A DNA stretch of 64,000 bases from Felis catus (Eukaryota): NCBI RefSeq assembly GCF_018350175.1, contig NC_058368.1, forward strand, positions 145,020,001 to 145,084,000, given 5' to 3'. Below, piece by piece: positions 1 to 14,792 of the stretch (position 1 is its first letter; each line of letters starts with the position of its first letter). A program made the translations under genes and the position numbers. Under the pieces are notes generated by a model. It saw only the letters and a program-made list of their open reading frames with translations, ran no database searches and was not told the DNA's origin.

Positions 1-719
1 AAGGGTTCAAGGTAATGGAATGAAAGGAAGGAAACCTGGAACAACATTTTCTATGAAGAAGAAAGCAGTGGTAGAGGGAGATGCTGAGTCCAGTGATTCT
101 CTGTGTTTGCCACCATATTGGTGCAGAACATGTTGGTTGTTAAGTCCCTATGAAGGATGATTACTGACATCTGAAGTACAAGTAGATGAGTACTTAGTAA
201 ATACTTGTTAACCAAGCTCAATCTTCTCCTAAAATAGCCATGGAGTCACCAAGTTTTCCAAAAAAAATTATGAATAAATGAGATAGTCTTTTCAAAGAAG
301 TTTTTAAAAAACAACTAATGACAAGATGCCTAGAAACTTTACAACAAACTTATTAGAAACAAAAAAGAAATAAGATCACATATCAAAAATTCAGAGCTTC
401 AAAAAAATCAAATGGTAGCAAATGAACTTTTACGTGGACAACTAACAGTTGAAAAAGATCTTTAACGGTAAAAAGTTATAATTTGAGATAAGAAAATTCT
501 GACCACAAAGAAAAACAGGGAAGTCTATGTAATAGAGCATGAGAGGTTCAAATTAGAAGTTAGTTAAAACAAAAAAACAATTCAAGCTCTTACCATGCCT
601 TTAACCAATAATAAAAAGTTCTTTAAATAAATCAAAAACAGGAAGTCAGATAGATTATAGCTGGTCCACTTAATCTTGGTAAAAATAAATGCACTCATGA
701 GTAGAAATTATATAGGAAA

Positions 720-940
720 AGGCAATAATAAAAATCACAATTTGCATAGACTTTTACATTTCTCAGAGATCATTTACACACCATAGTCATTTGAGTCATA
801 AAACAATCCTGTAAGAGTAGTGAACATTTTAACATCCCTTTCTAAAAGTTAAAAAAAGAGGTTCATCTGGATAAGTGATTGATGTCAGATGAATCAATAA
901 AAGAAGAGCTTATATTAGGGCCCGGATTTCTCTACTTCTT
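720..940 (-). mobile_element. MIR remnant
   Basis: Degenerate MIR-core-like text (tcatttgagtcataaaacaatcctgtaag...gaggtt...aagtgatt). Confidence 0.5.
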
Positions 941-1179
941 AAAAATGAGATTTTCCTTTCCCCACCAATGTATTTCAAACTGTGTCTCTCAGAAGAGGAC
1001 TTAGAGATATGTTTGGAATGAGGAGGGAAGTGTTGCAAAGAGGAATTATCAGGCTCTTGCCAGAGATTTAAAAGGAATGTATCAGAAGGAAAATCAAAGT
1101 GGTAATTAACTGTGGATCTTTCAGGTCATATGTGTAATCCAGTAAGTACTGTAAGTGATGCAGTTTAATAGTGATTATG

Positions 1180-3100
1180 TATTGAGGGGCCTACTCATAT
1201 GCTTTCCACATAAGATGTAGAAAGCTGGAAACAGTATTGTTTCCAACCTCATCACACACAAACAAAAAAGGCAGTTAATCTACAAATTTTCTTGAGCCCC
1301 TAAGAGAGCTCATCTAAGTAAGACAGACACCTCCAAGGAGAAACAGGACGTGAGCACTTGGCTACCTGAAGCAGATGACAGATGGAATACAGGCTGATAA
1401 GGACTCAGCTAAAATTTCTAACAAACTGCTAAAGGCTGAGTGTGAACCAGCATGAGAATAGAGAATCCCTGGGAGCCAGAAACATCGGGGGAATGAATGC
1501 TCATCTACTCACTAAGTCTTCTCACATTCCTCAGAGGGCAAAAAAAGTTGGGGGGGAAGAAGAGATTGGAGAGACCTCCCTCAAATAGAAGGCCTGGAGG
1601 ACCGGAAAAGCAGCTACTGTGAAAAAAGCACAAAGTCCCACTTAGTCCCTCTCCCCTCAAAAAACAAAAAAACCTGAAACTAAGGATGAAAGGTCAAAAA
1701 CCCCTGTAGCCCTCAGGGCACAGGTGAAGAGTCAAGCTGAAGGAAAAGAACAGAAAAAAAGCCCTCCATCCCTGGAGGGAAAGGAAGAAAAAAACATCTG
1801 GAATTTACTACTAGTGGTCCTCCACCACTGGGATAAGACAGGATTGCTCACAATGTGACACCCAAGACACTCAGGGAAACAACCTTCCAGTAACACTGAG
1901 GCTGACTCAGAACAAAGCATGTCACCCCATGTCCTATACTGCCAGGCCAGTAATTATCAAGTAACAAATAAAGAGTCTACTTTTAGGGGAGGTTCCAGAT
2001 AGTAACAAGAGACCCTGTGTAAGACTCAGAAACAAATTAAAGATTTTGGGGTGAAGATAGACCAGATATTGGGTTAAACCCTTGAGCAAACCAGCCTCTA
2101 TTCTGAACACAAAATAATGCTAGAGAAATCTGAAGCCCACAGTGCACTGATACCAAAGCAACAACAAAACCCGACCCCAGCAAAACCCCTGACTATATTA
2201 ACTTAACTGCTCTCCCCATACATGAAAGGACTAGGAAAAAAAAGAGCATGTCAATTTTTAAGCAGAATAAAATTTATCTCAGTCTCCACTGTCCTAGACA
2301 AGATATTTAGCTTTCAGTCAAAAAGTACAAGCCATATGAAAAAAGAAGGAAAAAAAAAAAAAAAACCAAGCACATAGTCAACCAACAAAGAAATAAATTG
2401 ATATGAGAAAGTTAGTGGCATTATCAGGCAAGAAATTTAAAGTATCTGTGATTAATATGTTAATATATTCCAGTGTAAAAAGGTTGACCAAAAGCCAGAA
2501 CAAATGGAAAATTTCAGTAGAGATGGAAACTATAAAAGAAAATCAAATCAAATCAAATCAAAAGATGGAAATAAAAACACAGTAACAGAGATAAAGGCTG
2601 CCTTTGACAAACTCATCAGTAAGCTCAACACAGTGAGGAAATCATCAGTCAACCTGAAAATAAGTAAATAAAAATCACTCACCGTGAAACACAAAGAGTA
2701 AACTAAAAAAAAAAAAAAAAAAAAAACACACACAATTAAAAAAAATAAAAAACACAAGTATGAATAAAAAAGAGAACAGATCATTCAAGTACTATGTGAC
2801 AATATAAAAGTGTAACACACCTGTAAGGAAAAGAGGTAAAAAAGATTACAGAAAAAAATATTTGAAGATATTTGAATAGCTGACAACTGTTCATAATTAG
2901 TAAAATGTAACAAAACACAGATTCGACTTGCTCAGAAAGCATCAAGTAGGATAAGTATCATACATAGATGTATTATATTCAAATCCCATAATAAATATAT
3001 ATAGATAGACAGATAGATAGATGGCATCTAGAAAAAAAAGGAATTACAACAAACTTCTGATAATAATTTGCCATACAGAAGATAATGGAGTGATATCTTT
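1180..3100 (+). mobile_element. Old L1 (L1M-class) 5'UTR/ORF1 remnant
   Basis: A-rich degenerate ORF1-like text (gtaacagagataaaggctgcctttgacaaactcatcagtaagctcaacacag; gaaaaaaatatttgaaga). No intact ORF. Confidence 0.6.
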
Positions 3101-3363
3101 TATTACAGAGGTATAAAATACCACAGAGTAGAGACCAGCCATCCCCACTACACCCTATCCAAATTCCTCAACGAAGGAATCCAGCAGCATAACAAAAGCT
3201 CTACACCATTATGTTCCTGATATAATTTTGTTACACAGACACAGGAAGTGAAAAAAACAGTCTGTACATCCCTACCTCTAGTTTTGTTTCCTCCAACCCA
3301 CCCTGATACCTGAGTGGACTTTTTGTGTGTGTGTTTCAGAATTTAAAAAGAAAAAAAAAAGGT

Positions 3364-3549
3364 ATATTTATTTATTTTGAGAAAGGAAGTAAGTGCACAT
3401 GTGCATGTGCACCTGAGTCACAGGAGAGGCAGAGAGGGTGAGAGAGAATCTAAGCAGGTTTCGTGCGATCAGCATGGAGTCTGATGGGGGGCTCTATCTC
3501 AGGAACCGTGAGATCATGACCTAAGCTGAGATCAAAAGTCAGGTGCTTA
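3364..3549 (-). mobile_element. CanSINE with its 5' head interrupted by the next SINE
   Basis: tttatttattttgaga...gagatcatgacctaagctgagatcaaaagtc. Confidence 0.85.
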
Positions 3550-3766
3550 GGGGATCTGGTTGGCTCAGTTGGTTGAGCATCCGACTTCGACTCGGGTCAT
3601 GATCTCGCAGTTCGTGAGTTCGAGCCCCATGTCAGGCTCTGTGCTGACAGCTCAGAGCCTGGAGCCTGCTTCAGATTCTCTGTGTGTCTCTCTCTCTGCC
3701 CCTTCCCCACTCATGCTCTGTCTCTCTCTGTCTCTCAAAAATGAATTTAAAAAATAAAAAAAAAAA
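3550..3766 (+). mobile_element. CanSINE (SINEC_Fc-like)
   Basis: tRNA-derived head tggctcagttggttgagc, CT-rich body and A tail. Confidence 0.92.
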
Positions 3767-5574
3767 GAGTCTGGTCAAACCCTACTTAGATCCTTAATCA
3801 CAAAAACTGTAACCTCTCTTTCATGAGAAATGCAAAGAAATCTGACTGTCTTTATTCTCTAAACAATGTATAGTACCAAGCAGTAACCTGGTATTAACAC
3901 CGTTGCTCTTACTCTTCTGAGGAGAGTAAATCTTAAATCATCTGAAAGATCCAGGACCCCACAGCGGGGTTGCCATTTGGGAATGTATGGCAAAGGGAGT
4001 GCCTGATAACCTGACATCTGAAGGTGAGCTTTTGCCAATGGGACCACTGTTAGGAGAAAGGGAAGATGCCTAACCTCTTTTTGCCCAGGCCAAAAATTCC
4101 AGGCTAATGATGTTATTAGCCAGTTATATCATTAAAGGTTTTATGATGAGTCCAGTTACATCATTTTTACTTTATTCAAGACTGAAAGGAGTAAGTTCCT
4201 ATTCCCCCCCTATTCTTCAATAAAAACACTTTTAACAAAAACAAATGAACATAATTTTTAGACCAGAAGGGGCTTTTCACAGGGATGGTGAAAATATTAA
4301 ATTTTATTGTCTAACTTCTAGGACAAGTCACCAAGACGTCATAGCAATTTGCTTACAAACAAGAGACAGTGAATGGTCAAAGCCTGTAGATATCATGGAG
4401 GGTGGGGAAGGAAAGAGAAAGGGAAAGAGAGAGAGAGAGGGAGAGAGAATGAATAGGCCTGCCTCTGATTCAGGAGAGGATTTTTCCAAGGACAAAAACT
4501 TTTCTACAGGCTGTGTCTTTCACTTATTCTCTCAACTCATCCCAAAATGCTCTATCAAAATTCAGGTAGATATCCCTGCTTTTTAATCACCATCAAATAT
4601 GCACTACATTCTAGGCACTGTAGTAGGCAGTGAGGAGACAGAGGAGAATATGATCTCAATTTTTCTGCACTCATGAAACTTAGCCAGTTCTAATCTCCTC
4701 CAAAGCTCCTCCTGAAAGCCTTCTGTCAACTGTGCAGGCTAGGTTTTTAAGCCCATCCCCCGAATGTTTCCATAATATGCTGTTTATTTTTTTTTGCCAG
4801 AGCACATTTTATTGTCAATCATCTTTTGACTTATGTCCCCTATGAGACAGAAGCTCTTTAAACACTGGGGCTCTGTTTTATTTCCAAATCTTCATCACTA
4901 AGGATTGTGTCTGGCAAGGTCAATAAATATATTTTTAATTAAAGAAGGAACAATTTTTTTAAAAAGTGTTGAGATGGTCTGCCTTTTTAAAAATAAAAGA
5001 TATAGATTAGATGCTGGAAATCTAAGATTAACCACATGTAATAATTTTTAGATATTTCTATCATGGATCACAAATAATGCATAACATATACTAAGGAACT
5101 ACAAAGTTAAAGATCCTACATGTATCTTAGTTAGAAAATAAAATCCACACCAATGTTCTATAACAATTTAAGCACTGTTATAAATAATTCAGAATCACAG
5201 GAAAAGATTGTAAGGAACAGCTGAGTATATGAGACAGGAAAAAGGAAGGGAGAAACCAGATATAATCTAGTAATCACAAATTTAAAAAGGAAAAATGCTA
5301 AATTCCTTACAAATTATTTTGCCTATTTTTCTTACCATAGCAACAAAATAGTATAGTAGAATAGACATTAGACTAGTACAGAAAGGCAATTCTCTCCTTC
5401 AGAAATGCTTTCCTTATAACTTTTCAAACTCTGACTAAATATGCTAAACAATAGAAAATAAAAAATATCAATATTTAGGGTATACATATTTAAAATATAA
5501 AAGCAAAAGGCATTACACTATTATTGAGTCTTTCTACAAACTTGACCGCAACAAATTAAGTATTTATATCAGTG

Positions 5575-5765
5575 TTTTTTGCTTAAATGGGGTGGGAGGG
5601 GCACGAGCAAGGGAGGGGCAGAGAGAGAAGACAGAGAACGAATCCCAAGCAGGCTCTGTGCTGTCAGCATGGAGACCCACGTGGGGCTCAAACTCACAAA
5701 CTGTGAGATCATGACCTGAGCAGAAATCAAGAGCTGGACACTCAACTGAGTCACCCAGGCACCCC
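5575..5765 (-). mobile_element. CanSINE
   Basis: Ends ctgagtcacccaggcacccc. Confidence 0.9.
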
Positions 5766-5859
5766 AGGCTGATAGAATTCTTTTAAAAAGCTTTATAGGT
5801 TTCTTATGTTTCAAAAACATATTTTATAAGCCCACTCATTCAAGCAAATGCTATGCCCA

Positions 5860-7140
5860 CAGATGTCACTGAAATAAGTCCTTCTGTACCTTGGGCCCTC
5901 TGTGAGGCTGCTGTGGGACAAGGTCCTGAAGATTCCTGGAAGCCCTTTTGTTTACCAGAGAAAAACTGGAAGTTGTGCCATTAAGATTCCTGAAAGGTTT
6001 TTTTTTTGTGTGTCTAAGAGAATCTATGAGGGCCGCCTCAAATTTTTCTGAGATCTTAAAAAAGGTTTTATAGTTACACCTTAGTTTCATTTTTACCTTG
6101 AGACCACATTTTCCAAACTTTGCTCTGGATTTGATCTTCATCCTTAGGCCCTTTGAGAACCTTTGCAGGCTGGAAAAACTTTCCTGAGCCCTTTACATTT
6201 CCTCCAAATTCTGCTTGAAAACAAGAATTTCTTTTTTAACTCCTCTCTCCCCATCCACATTTCATAAGGTATAGCTAAAAGAAACAGCTGAAAACACTTT
6301 GGACATTCTTTATCATACCCTCCTTTGCCAGATGCATCAGTTCACTAAGTACACTTTCTATTTTCCATGTTACCATAGGTGGACAGTTTTCCTAAACTTT
6401 CTGCCACTAGATAACAAAGATATTCTTATTTCCAGTTTCAAATAATATTGGCATTACTTTCTTTCAAGCCCTCATAGTCTCCATGAATTTATCTCAAGTT
6501 CCATGATTTCTTGTCCACCCACCAGCTGATACTATGTCCTTTTCTTTTTGTTACAGTAGCACCCCACTTCCAGATACTAAGTACTATTCTCATTATCTAT
6601 TGCTGTATAACAAACCTTCCCAAAGTTAGTAGCAGATAAAATAACAACTTTTTTATTATGCTCATGGGTTATGTAGTTCAGAACTTTGGACAGTGAACAG
6701 TAGAAATGGCCATCTCTACAGACTCTGGGATATCTGTGCCTCAGCTGGGAAAACTCAAACAGCTAAGGACTTCTTCATAAATGGCTTCTTCACTAATGGC
6801 TCTTCCTCAAACGACTGGAAGGTAGAGACACTGCTAATCTTGGGACTGCATTTCTTATAGAATGGTGATACAGCTTTAAGAGGGAGCATCCTGAGAAGCA
6901 ACGGCTGAAAAGCAAGCATTCCAAGATACCAAAGCAAAAGATGCAAGACTTCTTCTGACCTAGCCTCAGAAGTCACATAGCATCACTTCCCTCATATTTT
7001 ACTGATTACAAGCAAGTCACTAAGGTCAGCTCAGATTCAAGGGAAAGGAAATTGGACTCCACCTCTTGATGGAAGAGTGGCAAGGTCACAAGCAGAAGAA
7101 TATGGGGGATGGGAGATACTGTCACCATCTTTGAAAAATG
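5860..7140 (-). mobile_element. ERVL-MaLR (MLT1-type) internal fragment (~5860-6580) plus LTR (~6585-7140)
   Basis: ttgttacagtagcaccccacttccag next to tatctattgctgtataacaaacc...cagaagtcacatagcatcacttcc...cagattcaagggaaagg...ccacctcttgatggaagagtggcaaggtcaca, which is typical MLT1 text. Confidence 0.75.
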
Positions 7141-7575
7141 TAAAAAGTCACAATGGATATGAAAAGACTGATCAGGCTCAAGAGGAAAAAAGTTGAGGCT
7201 TCAACCAGTAACAGCTCTCCTGAAATGATAACAATATGTACAATAAAAACAAAACTACAATCATTTCTCAAAAAACTTAAAAACTAGAAATTATGACAAT
7301 TATTTGTTATTGGGTTCACCATTTAACATAAAACTGTTTTTATTAGTTAAATTTTATGAAAACACTTCTGTGGCCTCTATACTATCATTTTGAAAAAGTA
7401 TATACAATGAACATATACAAATAAGGCTCTAAGTGTTCTTCTGAATAGCTTAATGTTATTAAACAATTTACACAAAATTTGAACCTAGTAATGAAAATAT
7501 GTATATCCCATCATTCAAAATATTTTACCACATTGCACATGAGGAAAAAATCATGTTTGGTTTTTTGTTTGCCTG

Positions 7576-7677
7576 GTTTTTTTGTTTTTTTAAGCTCTAC
7601 ACCCAATGTGGGGCTTGAACTCACAACCTTGAGATCAAGAGTCACATGCTCTATTGACTGAGTGAGGCAGGCACTCC
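7576..7677 (-). mobile_element. Short CanSINE (tRNA-derived part)
   Basis: gtggggcttgaactcacaaccttgagatcaagagtc...gactgag. Confidence 0.8.
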
Positions 7678-8713
7678 AAAACATGCACTGTAAAGTATAA
7701 AAGATGAGTGGACTGTTGAAAAAATATAATTTACTACTATTTTCTCTGTCCAGAAACACTACGTATCTACCATAATCACAATTCATCAATAAGATGGCCA
7801 TTATCTTAATACTCACAATGATCACAATTATTTTATGTATCATTAGGAAGACAGAAAAATACTGCCAGATAATTAGATCATGGCATGAAACTCTCTTAGT
7901 TGTTCATGAGATGCATATCCATTTCAGAGCTGTTTAAAAACACATGTATTTTTTTAAAGACATTAATGTTTAAATATGGTGCTCATTGACTTAATAGGAA
8001 GGATGCTATTATATAAAACCTTCACAATTCAACTGATCATGAGTATAAATGTTGTGATATCTCTACTTGTTTTTGCATAGTGTGTTGATATAGCAAAAAA
8101 CAAGATTTTTTTTGATAAATTATTTGACTTATAACCTGAGAAGAAATTCTTAAATTTTAGATACATTCTTAATACATCATCAAATAAGTTTGATAAAATG
8201 TGGTATCGTTTGTACTGATCTTATTCAAGTAATATCAGGAAAATCCATGAGAAAAACAGCTTTAAAATTAAAAGGGGAGAGGAGTTTTCTAAAATTATTG
8301 GAAATGACTAGCAGGCAGGAAGTTACAGATTGTCTTTTTCATTTTGAAATTTGTTAGATGCTCCAAAGACAAAATCTTTTCTATTTTTTTTTTTTTTTCT
8401 GAGCACAGGGCATAGGTATGGTAAATTAAACTCTATAAACTAAATGTCAAATATAAACATAGTACATTAGTTTGCATAGTCTTGCTTATATTTTTAATAA
8501 GCCAAATAAATAAATTTGGCCACAAGGCTACCATAATTTCAAATCTAGGTAAAGTGGTAACAAAGGCCTTAAACACTAAATATTGTAAGTCATAATACAA
8601 AGCAAAATATCTCAACAGCTTTAAAATTTAAATATTTCATACAGATACACACTGATGATCAGATCTTTTTAATGACATCACTGAATATACAAGATATTAT
8701 AAAATACATTGTA

Positions 8714-8905
8714 GGGGTGCATGGGTGGCTCAGTCAGTTAAGCATCCAACTCTTGATTTTCAGTTCAGGTCATGGTCTCATGGTCCTGAGATCAAGCCTC
8801 ATGTCAGGCTCCATGCTGGGTGTGGAACCTGCTTGGGATTCTCCCTCTCCCTCTGCCCCTTCCCTGCTTAGGCATGTGCACACACTCACGCTCTCTCTCT
8901 CAAGA
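8714..8905 (+). mobile_element. CanSINE
   Basis: ggggtgcatgggtggctcagtcagttaagc head. Confidence 0.9.
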
Positions 8906-9090
8906 ATATATGTATATGTATGAATATACATACATATAGTAAATAATATATGTATATATTATTTCTCATTGAAAATGAAAATATTAACTGAGAAATCTAA
9001 CAGTATCTCCTACAATCTTTCAAAATGATAAAAATGTACTTTTTACTTATCTTTTAATATTCTGGACCAGGTTAATTAAAGGGCATTTTT

Positions 9091-9300
9091 GGGGTACCTG
9101 GGTGTCTCAGTCGGTTGAATGTCCAGCTCTTGGTTTCAGCTCAGGTCTGATTTCACGATTCCTGGGCCCCACCTGGGCTCCACACTGCCGGTGAGGAGCC
9201 TACTTGGAATAATCTCCCTCCTCTTTCTGCCCCTCCCCAACTTGTGCCCATGCTCTCTGTCAAAATAAATAAATAAACTAAAAAAAAAAAAATAAATAAA
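9091..9300 (+). mobile_element. CanSINE with TSD taaagRgcatttttt
   Basis: Head, A tail and a flanking direct repeat are all visible. Confidence 0.9.
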
Positions 9301-12300
9301 GAGCATTTTTTTTCTCCACTTAAAATGAAAAGATACAAAGATCTCATGTGATAAGAATTTTAAGTATTTTAAATGAATCTGATCACTATTTACCTATATA
9401 TTTGAATTAAAGGGCTGAATTTTTTTTCTCATTAGAACATTAGTTTAATATATAAATTAACCTTTGACTTTCAGAGCTTTCCTAAATATCAAGGTCTTAT
9501 CCTTGATTCCTATTCTCTTCCTTTCTCTAATTTTCATTATGTAGAATTAAATCTTCTAAAAAATATTTTATTAAGTAGAATTTGTATTTCTTGTTATTTA
9601 TTTTAAAAGGTGATCCTCCCTCAGAAGATTCTTTAACAACAAAAAAAACAAAAAAACACAACTTCCTCTTTGTAAATAAAAAATTACAAAAATAAAAACC
9701 TTAAATTGAATTACCTTATGAATTAACTCTGACTCAACTCATTGATTCTCCAAAACAGAAAGACAGCTCTTATATTTTTATTCTTGACAGCAGCACTAGA
9801 GTAAAGTATCTATCTACTTATACTTTACACAAGGGAAAAATATGCACAATTTTTTCTCTACAAATATTTAATAACAAGATCTATTATTCCTTCTTTGGAT
9901 TTCTAATTAATTTCTATTATTGGGTAAAAATTAATTAATTAACTAACTAATTAAAAGGGCTTTAGCGAAATTGCAGTCTTTAAAAAGTCCTCAATTTTTT
10001 TAAAATCCAAATTAAGTAAATCAACTCTATTTCCCTAAACACCTCCCATTATTGCTATTTTAGTCTTTTGATATGAGTAAGGTAAGCAACAGCTGCTTTT
10101 GTTCCAGATAGATATTAAAAGCCCATGAGAATGACATACACATTTAAATTACAGAAAACTATATATAATTATCACTTCTTAAATTTCGTAAAAGAAGAAA
10201 AAAAATCCTACTGGCTCTTTTTTACTTCAAAGAAAATTACTGAGATAAATTTTTTGTTTGTTTTAATTCAGCCTTGCTGAATTTACCTATGTTGGAATAG
10301 TTAGGAAAGTCCTCATTGAACAGGCAGAATTTTACTTGTACGATTTGTTATGCAAAGGATTTAAGAGGATAGCCTATCTTTTTCCATGGGTAGAAACTGC
10401 TTAAGTTTATCAATGTTTAATAGAATTCAAATTTGGAAAAGAAGCCCAGGAGTTTGATTCAGAGAATGTCTGGGAAACAATCGGAACAGGAAGGTTCCTA
10501 AGCAAGAGGAATCATTTTTGTTCTAGAAACAAGCATCTCTCAGATAAGAAAGAGGCCTCAGTATATGATCTAACTGGATGCACCACTTTGACACAGGAAA
10601 ATATAGGAGCTGGTCAGGAGCAAGTGAAGATGGTAATAAAAAGCAGAAAGTTTCCCTCAGTAACACTGCCAAGAAACTGAAGAAACTAATACCAAACATT
10701 CATTGAAAACACAAAAGCCTAGTTTCTCTCACCAGCAGAATTAGCCTGGAAGTCTCAGCAAGTGAACAAGCTGATGGAAAACTAAATGTTAGGCAGCTGA
10801 AGGGGCAGGAAAAGAACCTTTGAGGGACGGTCAGCTAGCAAAGTGCCCTCCTTATTCATTGCGCCCTCAGGAGAGACCACTTAGAAAGTGAGAGGTTTCC
10901 AAGCACACCACAAGTTCTAAAGGACCAGGCAGAGGTGCCAGCTCAAACCTACCTTGGTCTGAACTTGAGCTCTCAAGCAATCAAGACAGGAGTTAGGTAA
11001 GAATGATTCCCAAATAGGAGACTTAAAATGCCCCACCTACTCCACTCCCCCACCCCACCAGCCCCTCAAGTAAGTAAATGTAAATAAGTAATCTCACTGG
11101 GAATGTGGACATGGAGATGAAACCAAGTAACTTCTATTTATATTTCAAACATAAAATCCTGCTGAGATTCCCAATTCTCTGCAAACTTCCCAGTGTTCAT
11201 ATTGTTACTTTATGTATGTCTCTGTAGTGAATAAAATTAAAATCCTAGACATAAAGAAAGGAGTAGGCCCTGTGGAAGGAAAAACTGACAAAGGAAAATA
11301 GTGAAAAAAGATCAAAGGTTATGTTTATCATCTGGAAAAGATAAGAAGAGTACATAGGAAGGTGACCTGTGATAGGATAGGTTTACAGATTTAATTTATA
11401 GCAAGCTCCCAATGTCCTTTCACAAGAATATCCCAGGTTAGAGAAAAAAGGAAAGAAGATAGTCTAGTGTATGGGACTGTTGATGAGATTTGCACAAGGA
11501 AAACATCCCCATAATTTCTAATACACATTAAAGTGTCCTATTGTAAGCAATACAGAAGTCATTTTTGATATCTAAAGATTTTCCATTTCTCTTAGTATTT
11601 GGGCTTTTGTCCATAATAAAAATTATAATATGAATTCAGCTCTGAAATATTTTCCTTTATTTTCTCTTCTCATATCTATCTCAGAGCTGACAAACCAAGG
11701 ATAAAGATGATAGGAGGGCTAAGATAAGGTGATACGGAAGATAAGATAATGATCAAGGAAAAGCAAGAAAAAGGAATATTGAATGGGTCATATATGAGCA
11801 GTACAATGTTCCCATGGAAGTAGGGCACTTCGTTTATAAATAGCATGCCTCAAGAATTTAGATTCCTTCATCAAATATTGAGTACCAATTAAGTATAAGA
11901 CACTAGACTACAAAATTGAACATGATATATTTTTACAGCCTATATGTTTACTTCCCTTAGGTATGAGAACTTTTACATTGCTCTTAATAAGCAATTCAAT
12001 ACATGATTGCTAAAACAAAGTTGTAATGAAGAAAGAGAGCTAACATATAGAGATTTCCCTATTAATCTAAGTTTCAAAAACTTCTGGAAGAAGTCATGGA
12101 TCATTTAAGTCCATTTAGTTTTCCTCCTAAATCTGAATCTACTTCTCCCCCTATACAATACATGACTGCTTTCTAAAATGAAATTGTGGCCTATAAAGAT
12201 CATTCAGGCATTGACAATGCTTGAGTCTTAAGTCTTGCTTCAAAAACCATAAACAGCTTTTGAATATCTTAGGAACTCAACATAGTACATTAATACCAAA

Positions 12301-12545
12301 CAAATTTTATTAGTTGCCCTAGAGTTCAAATAAGAAGTATCTGAACTAGTGAACAGATCTGAGAAATTTCCTGGGCTATACAGAACACACCAGGCAAGCT
12401 ATCTAAGTGAGTCTACCCTTAGTGTGATAAGTGTTTACACTGAGTGGTACTTTCCCCTTGTCTTAATGTTAGCTCCTTCCTTCCTATCACCCCCTAAATG
12501 TGGGCTTTTTTTAAAAAAATAAATTTCCATCCCCAGGCCTCAATT

Positions 12546-12676
12546 CTTTTTTTTTTTTAATGTTTATTTATTTTTGAGAGAAAGAGAGAGAACAAGATGG
12601 GAAAGGGCAGAGAGAGGAAGACAGAGGATCCGAAGCAAGAGAGCTGGATGTGGCGCTCAAACTCACAAACTGTGAG
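12546..12676 (-). mobile_element. 5'-truncated CanSINE with TSD cccaggcctcaattctt
   Basis: T tail, SINE body and a 17-bp direct repeat on both sides. Confidence 0.85.
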
Positions 12677-12882
12677 CCCAGGCCTCAATTCTTAACTCAC
12701 CTTTTTTCTCTCATTATTAAACCCATTCTTATAGCTGAATACACTTTCTCTATGTTCTTCCTTCCAAATTTCAGATTTCTGCTAATGGCATCACAAAGTC
12801 CATCGGTAGTGTTGACTACAAATTTAAAAAATTTTTGTCTTCCTTGATTCTTATAACTCTTCTTTATTATCCTTCATTTTTT

Positions 12883-13095
12883 GGGGCACCTGGGTGGCGC
12901 AGTCGGTTAAGCGTCCGACTTCAGCCAGGTCACGATCTCGCGGTCCAGGAGTTCGAGCCCCGCATCAGGCTCTGGGCTGATGGCTCGGAGCCTGTAGCCC
13001 GTTTCTGATTCTGTGTCTCCCTCTCTCTCTGCCCCTCCCCCGTTCAAGCTCTGTCTCTCTCTGTCCCAAAAATAAATAAACGTTGAAAAAAAAAA
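12883..13095 (+). mobile_element. Young CpG-rich SINEC_Fc with TSD ttattatccttcatttt
   Basis: gggtggcgcagtcggttaagcgtccgacttcagccaggtcacgatctcgcgg; the TSD is perfect. Confidence 0.95.
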
Positions 13096-14562
13096 TTATT
13101 ATCCTTCATTTTCATCTTTCATTTTCAATTTCAATTGCTGCTACCCTCATTCAAAGGCTTTTCAGCTCTTACCAAGACTGTTAGGAAAGCCTCTCCCCAG
13201 TTTTCACCTTTAGTCCTTTCCCTTTCTTCAGTTCCTCTCACACAATGCCCTCATATTAATCGTCCTAAAATATAATTTACTATTTTTTGAATATGCTCAA
13301 AAAATGATTCTCCATTGCAGGCATAACAAAAGTTTCATCTAGTATAGTTGAAATAGTTATCAGTGAATATTTGGAAAACCTGAGTTTTCCTCACAAAACC
13401 TTGCTCAACTTTTAAACAATGGCATATCATTTACTTCTCTGAGTACCAAATTCCCTATCTAGTAAAATAAGTAGGTTGGACCAAATAAGCATTTTCAAAC
13501 TCTTTTATTTTAAATTGTTGGACTGTTTTGGGTTCTGACACTGGTAATATATAAAAAATAAAGAGACACAGAGATAGAGAGACAGAGATGCTTATTTAAG
13601 AGTCTTACCAAGAACCCATAAAGAAGAGTTCTTGAACCCTGCAGGGGGTAAAGGAAGACAGATGCAGAAACAGCTGTGAAAGGCTGTTGTGACATGATAA
13701 AGACTTGAACTTAAGCATCTGCAGTGAGATTAGAGAGAAGACATGCATAAGGAATGTTTAGGCAATAGATTTGACTGGTTTGGATGACTAGTCAAGGACA
13801 AAGGAGAACAATCACTGGGATTAAAAAAAGATTCATTTATGGCATGCGTAATGACTTAAATGGAGATTCATTCCATTTAATTAGAAAGAGAAAATTGAAA
13901 GAAATGGGAAAGGAGAACTAAACTGCTTCAGTTAAACAGAAGAGGCCAAGAGCCTGTCGTCTAGGGTGTTCTCTTCCTTCTCACCTCTAGGCCAAGAGTC
14001 TGGGAAACTCAACATAAAAGCAATGGCAGGATAATTTCATAGTGTTCTCACAGTTTTAAAATTTTACTGTTAGCTAAGCATTAATCCTGTGTTTGATTTT
14101 TCTACTCCATAGTCAAACAGCTCTGCTTACTATTCCCTAAGTACACCTTATATTTTTCCAATGTCAACCTGTTTCTCTGATATACCCTCTCACATACATC
14201 TCTTCTCATCCAAATCCTAGTTGTCATTCAAAAGTCAGTGCACATTCAGATTATTTAAACTCATACAGTATAACAGGTATTATCTATATTATACTCATAA
14301 CAACTAACTCATGATATATAGCTCATATACCTGTCCAAATTATGAATCCCTAGAGAGAGAAATATTTATGTCTCTGCCTCTTACACAGCCTCAAAGTAAC
14401 TTGTATATAAATGGGTTCTCAAAAAAGAGTTAATAAAGAAATGACAGAATGATTCTATCTACCAAAATCACTCGTCTCAGTGATAATTCTGCATAGAATT
14501 ACACTGATGAATAGTTGTACACCTTTCTTCTTTAAAAATCTAGATATTTTAATGTATCACTA

Positions 14563-14563
14563 T

Positions 14564-14611
<48 letters not shown>

Positions 14612-14792
14612 TTATTATTGAGAGAGAGCGAGCGAGCAGGGGAAAGGGGCAGAGGGAGAGAGACAGAACCCAAAGTATACTTCATGCACAGCACAGAGCC
14701 CGATGCAGGGCTCAGTCCCACAACCCTAGGATCATGATCTGAGATGAAATCAAGAGTCAGATGCTCAACTGACTGAGCCACCCAGGCATTCC
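14563..14792 (-). mobile_element. CanSINE with a (TATC)n microsatellite in its tail
   Basis: (tatc)n at ~14566-14610, then the SINE body ending gactgagccacccaggc. Confidence 0.9.

Noticed and set aside
3550..3630. tRNA-like A/B boxes here and in many similar heads
   Set aside because: These are tRNA-derived CanSINE heads, not tRNA genes.
9710..9800. Possible cryptic minus-strand exon ending AAG|gtaatt
   Set aside because: The upstream acceptor lacks a convincing pyrimidine tract, and the sequence is unrelated to the expected SSBP2 exon 5.
10340..11280. Possible ancient LTR-like segment
   Set aside because: The composition is suggestive, but I cannot assign a family or boundaries without a Dfam search.
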